DNA of 12,149 bases from Chthonomonadaceae bacterium (lineage in GTDB: Bacteria > Armatimonadota > Chthonomonadetes > Chthonomonadales > Chthonomonadaceae), in contig JAYTEU010000052.1 in NCBI GenBank assembly GCA_043734985.1, positions 1 through 12,149 on the forward strand, given 5' to 3'. This document shows positions 7,811-12,149 of the stretch, in pieces. A model generated the notes under the pieces. That model was given only the letters and a program-made list of their open reading frames with translations. It was not told the DNA's origin and made no database searches. Position 1 is the stretch's first letter; each line of letters opens with the position of its first letter. The position numbers and the translations under genes are program-made.

Positions 7811-7959
7811 AGAACGCTCCTCTCCGCTTCACGCTTACGTGGCATGCGATCACCGCCATCCTGCATGATTCAATTCACCGTCCTCATAGATTACTACTCT
7901 TATTCCATCAGTCATGGATTAGATATTTCTTGCATATTACATCGCAATTATGCCCTTCA

Positions 7960-7973
7960 TTGCAATATTGCAA
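7960..7973. promoter_or_regulatory. Perfect 14-bp palindrome TTGCAATATTGCAA, a candidate operator in the divergent control region.
   Basis: It is exactly self-complementary. It sits at about +13 to +26 relative to the putative nfeD promoter TSS. Related half-sites (TTGCATATT at 7930-7938; TTTGCAAAATT at 8290-8300) occur nearby. The surrounding 150 bp is noticeably AT-richer than the rest of the window. Confidence 0.35.
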
Positions 7974-7992
7974 TCAATCGCTTGGGACGTAG

Positions 7993-8021
7993 ATTGTAAC
8001 GCGCATTGCTACAACCGGCAA
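7993..8021 (-). promoter_or_regulatory. Candidate sigma70-type promoter (minus strand) for the nfeD-floT operon.
   Basis: Minus-strand TTGCCG (forward 8016-8021), 17-nt spacer, TACAAT (forward 7993-7998). Predicted TSS near 7986, about 176 nt upstream of the nfeD TTG. Confidence 0.3.
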
Positions 8022-8132
8022 TTCCTTGTCTCAGCACCCCATTGAAACAGGAATTCGGATTGATTGTCAACGCCTGACAGGACCATCCTCACGGACGGAT
8101 ACTAGTAACGCGCCCACGATCGGAACGATTGA

Positions 8133-8161
8133 TTGACCCCGGCAGGCCGGTAGTGTATAAT
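8133..8161 (+). promoter_or_regulatory. Near-consensus sigma70 promoter (TTGACC-N17-TATAAT) driving the 1203-aa gene.
   Basis: TTGACC at 8133-8138, exact 17-nt spacer, TATAAT at 8156-8161 with TG immediately 5'. Predicted TSS near 8168 gives a leader of about 150 nt. An AGGAGAG SD at 8306-8312 lies 7 nt before the ATG at 8320. Confidence 0.5.
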
Positions 8162-8319
8162 AGGAAGGAACCTGTGTCAGGATTTTAGTGGGCGAAGATG
8201 CCCGAACCAGGCTGCACCCTCGAACCGTAGACGTCAGGCCACGTTTGCTGGGGCATGGCGACCGGATTTCGCGATGAGGTTTGACCCAGTTTGCAAAATT
8301 TAATCAGGAGAGTTAACGC

Positions 8320-11300
8320 ATGAGTTTTGACGAACTCCCGCCGGACTCGGAGTCGCCTTCACGGGCTGAACGACCTTCCAAGTCCGAGCAGGAAGCGTCT
8401 GCACAGGATGCGCCGCCCGCTGGACCAACGCGCCGACGCCGCGCGACCAAGACGGGGTCTGCCGCGGCATCCGATCGCCCCGCGGAACCGAAACTGCCAC
8501 GCACGCGTTTCAAGAGTATAAAGTCCGATGACGTCAAGCCTGCCCCTCCGGCAGCGGAGCCTGAGCCGTCGGCGACGCCGCCAAAGAAGCGAAGAGGCAG
8601 CAAGAGCATGCCTTCAGAGGCTGCTCCACCTCCACCTGTCTCCCAGGAAGCCGAGGCTCAGCCGGAGCCAATTCCGCCGGCGCGACGTTCCCGACGCGCA
8701 AAATCCCCAGACACGAAACCGGTTCCGGACGCAGAACCGACTGCAGCAGAATCGATAGCGCCCCAACCGGAGCCTGCCGCTCCGCGCAAGCGCGCTCAGC
8801 GGACGCGCACGTCAATACGAACTGCAACGACCGGGGTGGAAACCACTCCCGACTCGCAGCAAGTCACAACGCCTGAAAACCCAATTCCAACATCGAAAGC
8901 AGGCTCATCGACAGCCTCGCCGGCAGTACTGGATTTGCCTGGTGGAGAAGCGGAATCCAACCCGGTCATAAGCTCGAAACCGCGCTCCCGTTCGCGAGCG
9001 AAGCGTTCCAGCGCGCCGGCCGAAGAGGTCGCTGCGCCCGATTCAGCCGCTTTAGAGGTCTCCACCGAACCTCAAGCTGATGCTATCGCTCCGACGGATA
9101 GCCCTGTATCACGAGCATCCCGCAGCCGCCGGGGGCGTGGACGCGGCAAACGTGAAGGAACACGAGCGGACAAACCCGAGACAGACGTCGTCACGGAACC
9201 CGAGATAGCCCTTCCGACGGCGCCATTGATCCCTCAGCCGCGTGTTATCGATCGTACGGTCGGATCGCATCTGGTCGTCCGTGGCGGCGTCCCCCAGCTC
9301 ACCATAGATAACGTAGCCTTTCCGCCTGTTCTCTTCTTCGGCAACGTACAGGAGTCCGGCGACAAGCAGCGCGTACTGTCTGAAGTGCGTCGAGCAGCGA
9401 GAGCCGGCGTGCATCTCCATTCGACGCTCGTTGAACTGCCCTGCCCACTTTCCGAAGCCACGCACGCACTTGACGAGATCGATCGTGCCATGCGGGCGAT
9501 CATGGAAGCGGACCCGCTCGGCTACGTGATGCCAAGGATCGTCTTCGTACCCGCTCGCGGCTGGAAACGTGAATATCCCACGGACATGGCCACATATGTC
9601 GATGGACCCTCCAGCGATCCGTCGCTCACAAGCGAGCGATTCTGGCGCGAGGCCGAGCACGCGATTGCGATCCTGGTTGCGCATCTCCAGGAATACGAGT
9701 GGAGCAATAGGATCTTCGGGTACCACCTTGAGCGTGGCGAATGGTTCCAACCCGCGGACCAGGGTTACGACCGCAGCATGGCGAATCGCGAGGCGTTCCG
9801 GGATTGGCTCAAAGAGAAGTATAAAGGCAGCCTAGTTGCGCTTCGTGCCGCATGGTACGACGGCAACGTTCAGTTCCACACGGCGGAGATTCCACCGGTC
9901 GTAGCCAAACCAAACCCACAGCGTGCATTTTTCGAAACGCGACGAGAGCGCAGCTCGATTGACTTCAATGAATTCACGTCGGAAAGCACTGCTGACCGCC
10001 TTGTGGCGCTCGCGGGAGCCGTTAAACGCGCAGCCGACGATCGAGCGCTCGTTTCCGTCTGTTACGGATACACGTTTGAATTTGGGCACGGGTACAGTGG
10101 ACACCTGGCGCTGAGTCGCCTGTTGGATTCACCCGATGTCGATCTCATCTGCGGTCCGCCTTCTTATCGCGACCGAAAGCCCGGTGGCGCCGCTTCCCTG
10201 CCGGCGCCGGTGGGTTCCATTCACCTCCATGGCAAGATGTGGCTGTCCGAAGACGACACAAAAACCTTTCTGGCTCCCGTGCAACAGGATCCGGAAGACT
10301 TCAACCCTAGACTGACTGACCGCTTACAGACGGAACAGGCCTACGCGCGCAGCATGGGCCGAGCGTTCTCCACAGACACCGGAATCGGTTTTATGGATCT
10401 TTGGGGCGAAGGTTGGCTCGACGATGACGGCTTGTGGGACCGAATCGCCTCGTTTACGGAGCAGTACCGATCGGTAATGGGCGCTGGAAGTCAACGGCGG
10501 CCCGCAGACGTTATTGTCCTGGTGGATGAGCAGAGTCTTCTGCATGTTCAGCGGGGAGAAGCGTTCTTTAGGAAGATCACCGGTGGAGTTCGCGAGCTGC
10601 TTCAGCGATCGGGGGTAGACTACAAAGTCTACTTACAGGATGACGTGGTCAATCCGGATTTCCCGGTGGACGCAAAGCTCTATCTCTTCGTGAATCCGTT
10701 TCGGCTGTCCGTGGACCAGCGGTCCGCTATCGCGGAAAAGCTTCAGAGCGGGGGTAGGACACTGGCGTGGATGTACGCACCCGGCTCGTGCGAAGCAAGG
10801 CCGCAGATCGGTGGCGCCATGGAAGAGAGTGCGAGCGGGGCCCTTGGGCTGACCCTTCGCCAACAGGAGTGGAACTCGGAGATCGGGTCTCGCGTCATCG
10901 AACAGAGGCATCCGGTTACTGAGGGGCTTACGGCGCGAGAGATCGGCGTTCGAGAGCGGTTGAATCCTTCGTTCTACGTGGAAGATCCGACTGCAACGGT
11001 AATTGCCGAGTATCTTGGCTCAGGACTGCCGTCGATCGCTGTCAAAAAGTGTGGAAACTGGCAGACCGTTTTCGTGGGTGAGCCGGCTCTAACTTGGGAA
11101 CTGTTCCGAGGCATCTGCAAATTCGCGGGCGTACATTTATGGACCGGGGGCGAGGACGTAGCCTACATCGGGAACAACTGGATAACGGTTCACGCCAATC
11201 GGGATGGGCACCGGGCCGTACGGGTTCCCGAATCGTCGGCAATTTACGATCTCACGGAAGGGCGGCTGGTGGCCGAGGATCTACGGGAACATCGATTCTT

Positions 11301-11931
11301 CCTGAAGGCGGGCGCCACGCGAACGCTTTGTATTGGGTCGGTCAGAATGTTTATGGATTTGGGCCTGCCCAATCTCAATGTTGCACCGCCACCCATTCAA
11401 AAGCAATCTCCGGCGAAGCCGCCGGAGTCTCAGCCTCAGCCCCAGGTCGCGCCCCCGCCCGCCCGGCCGGAACCTATCGCCGCTATGAGTTCGGATATGG
11501 AAACGCTTCAGGCCGTGCTGAGCCTGGATTTGAGCCAGATCGAAGGTCTAAGTCTGGACGAGTTTGAAGAAGAAGACGACAGCGGCGATGTGGTCACAAC
11601 CCTTGGCGACCCGGCTGAGGCGGAGGCGCGCCTGGCGGCGCTCCTGCCCGACGCGGAGCTTCTAACAGCGGGCAGACGGAGGCGAAGGCGGGGTGGCCGC
11701 GGTCGCGGCAGGCGTCGCCCTGACGAGATGGACGACGCAGTCACCGCCGATGAAGGCAAGGCAGGCGACCCAATTGTTGCTGCGGTCCTTACGGGGAACG
11801 TAAATGCCGAACCCACGGACATTCGTGCCGCGGACATTCGCCCGATCACCACACCGCCCGAAACCGCGCCTGACATTTCACGAGGCACATGGCCGGACCG
11901 AGAGGCAGACTCGTCGGACGAACCCCAATGA
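8320..11931 (+). CDS. Large multidomain protein with a glycoside-hydrolase family 42-like core, flanked by long low-complexity disordered termini. The core has a TIM-barrel-like region and a class-I GATase-like 'beta-galactosidase trimerisation' domain. Function unknown, possibly non-catalytic.
   Basis: ATG start with a good SD. Residues 1-300 are Pro/Ala/Ser/Glu/Arg/Lys-rich with no hydrophobic segments and no signal peptide. The core (~300-1030) has GH42-reminiscent motifs: ...IFGYHLERGEWF..., REAFRDWLKEKYKGSLVALRAAWYDGNVQF (compare the GH42 ...AFRxWLKxRYGxLxALNxAW), and HGKMWLSEDDTKTF (compare the GH42 nucleophile strand GKPFLLMEST). The segment ADVIVLVDEQ...GVDYKVYLQDDVVNPDFPVDAKLYLFVNPFRLSVDQRSAIAEKLQSGGRTLAWMYAPG fits the GH42 domain-B/GATase-like pattern. 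The C-terminal ~170 aa are acidic and Pro-rich with RRRRRRGGRGRGRRR. The family assignment is from memory of motifs, not from a search. Confidence 0.8.
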   Translation: MSFDELPPDSESPSRAERPSKSEQEASAQDAPPAGPTRRRRATKTGSAAASDRPAEPKLPRTRFKSIKSDDVKPAPPAAEPEPSATPPKKRRGSKSMPSEAAPPPPVSQEAEAQPEPIPPARRSRRAKSPDTKPVPDAEPTAAESIAPQPEPAAPRKRAQRTRTSIRTATTGVETTPDSQQVTTPENPIPTSKAGSSTASPAVLDLPGGEAESNPVISSKPRSRSRAKRSSAPAEEVAAPDSAALEVSTEPQADAIAPTDSPVSRASRSRRGRGRGKREGTRADKPETDVVTEPEIALPTAPLIPQPRVIDRTVGSHLVVRGGVPQLTIDNVAFPPVLFFGNVQESGDKQRVLSEVRRAARAGVHLHSTLVELPCPLSEATHALDEIDRAMRAIMEADPLGYVMPRIVFVPARGWKREYPTDMATYVDGPSSDPSLTSERFWREAEHAIAILVAHLQEYEWSNRIFGYHLERGEWFQPADQGYDRSMANREAFRDWLKEKYKGSLVALRAAWYDGNVQFHTAEIPPVVAKPNPQRAFFETRRERSSIDFNEFTSESTADRLVALAGAVKRAADDRALVSVCYGYTFEFGHGYSGHLALSRLLDSPDVDLICGPPSYRDRKPGGAASLPAPVGSIHLHGKMWLSEDDTKTFLAPVQQDPEDFNPRLTDRLQTEQAYARSMGRAFSTDTGIGFMDLWGEGWLDDDGLWDRIASFTEQYRSVMGAGSQRRPADVIVLVDEQSLLHVQRGEAFFRKITGGVRELLQRSGVDYKVYLQDDVVNPDFPVDAKLYLFVNPFRLSVDQRSAIAEKLQSGGRTLAWMYAPGSCEARPQIGGAMEESASGALGLTLRQQEWNSEIGSRVIEQRHPVTEGLTAREIGVRERLNPSFYVEDPTATVIAEYLGSGLPSIAVKKCGNWQTVFVGEPALTWELFRGICKFAGVHLWTGGEDVAYIGNNWITVHANRDGHRAVRVPESSAIYDLTEGRLVAEDLREHRFFLKAGATRTLCIGSVRMFMDLGLPNLNVAPPPIQKQSPAKPPESQPQPQVAPPPARPEPIAAMSSDMETLQAVLSLDLSQIEGLSLDEFEEEDDSGDVVTTLGDPAEAEARLAALLPDAELLTAGRRRRRRGGRGRGRRRPDEMDDAVTADEGKAGDPIVAAVLTGNVNAEPTDIRAADIRPITTPPETAPDISRGTWPDREADSSDEPQ

Positions 11932-12149
11932 CGAAAGTCCCGCCTGGCCCGAAGGAGTTGGTGGCCTTTAAGATCGGGGCACGGGCGCGCAAATTCCTGA
12001 TCGAAGGCTGTCCTATCGAAGGTTTCGAGGTGTTGTTAACTGCGCTTGCGGAGTCCGAAGTCAACGATCCGCCGCTGCACGCGCTGCTCGTAGTTGAGAT
12101 GACCAAGTTTGAGAAGCGGGTGGCTGCGGCCGACGATGCGGAAGACTGA
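11928..12149 (+). CDS. Small hypothetical protein (73 aa) translationally coupled to the large upstream gene.
   Basis: Its ATG at 11928-11930 overlaps the TGA stop of the 1203-aa ORF (ATGA). Translation is MTKVPPGPKELVAFKIGARARKFLIEGCPIEGFEVLLTALAESEVNDPPLHALLVVEMTKFEKRVAAADDAED, and the stop falls at 12147-12149. The tool's alternative ATG at 11889 would add 13 residues and a 43-nt overlap. No domain recognised. Confidence 0.45.
   Translation: MTKVPPGPKELVAFKIGARARKFLIEGCPIEGFEVLLTALAESEVNDPPLHALLVVEMTKFEKRVAAADDAED

Noticed and set aside
8281-8306. Second TTGACC hexamer 35 nt upstream of the large gene's ATG, as a possible promoter.
   Set aside because: There is no acceptable -10 hexamer at 16-18 nt spacing (only TTTAAT at 12 nt or TAATCA at 14 nt). 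A TSS here would also leave almost no leader ahead of the SD.
7811-8319. Possible small ORF, sRNA, or mobile-element remnant in the 509-bp AT-rich intergenic region.
   Set aside because: There is no ORF of 60 aa or more, no terminal inverted repeats or target-site duplications, and no integrase/transposase fragments in any frame. A divergent promoter/operator region explains it better.
9109-9750. 213-aa minus-strand ORF inside the large gene (and other nested ORFs 8313..8609, 8534..8827, 8796..9065, 9832..10104).
   Set aside because: They lie fully inside the strongly supported 1203-aa plus-strand CDS. High GC suppresses stops in alternative frames. No start signals; Arg/Ser-rich junk composition.
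1-12149. CRISPR arrays, rRNA/tRNA genes, IS elements.
   Set aside because: No regularly spaced direct repeats, no rRNA-like conserved blocks, no cloverleaf candidates, and no transposase-like ORFs were seen on either strand.

Overview
This is a GC-rich bacterial chromosomal segment, roughly 60% GC by eye, with strong Shine-Dalgarno sites (GGAGG-type) and several TTG/GTG start codons. The supplied ORF track prints M for non-ATG starts, so I re-derived start codons from the DNA. Genes from left to right: (1) the 5' end of a minus-strand secreted-protein gene that runs off the left edge; (2) a minus-strand two-gene cassette, a small 81-aa protein and an overlapping Pol-beta-fold nucleotidyltransferase; (3) an AMP-dependent synthetase/ligase (acyl-CoA synthetase family); (4) a Gfo/Idh/MocA-family NAD(P) oxidoreductase; (5) a strong 20-bp-stem hairpin just downstream of the next gene's stop; (6) an nfeD-floT operon, where the NfeD-like membrane protein carries an unusual His/Ala/Gly-rich insertion and is followed by a 689-aa flotillin (SPFH + EA-rich coiled coil); (7) an AT-rich divergent control region with a perfect 14-bp palindrome and near-consensus sigma70 promoters; (8) a 1203-aa protein whose core looks like a glycoside-hydrolase family 42 fold (TIM barrel plus GATase-like 'trimerisation' domain), flanked by ~300 aa of basic Pro/Ala/Ser/Arg-rich disorder and an acidic tail with an RGG/poly-Arg box; and (9) a 73-aa ORF coupled to it by an ATGA overlap. 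I found no rRNA, tRNA, CRISPR or transposase. The candidates I consider most novel are the IDR-flanked GH42-like protein with its coupled small ORF, the His-rich NfeD, and the NTase/small-protein pair. All family assignments come from motif recognition by eye, not from database searches.
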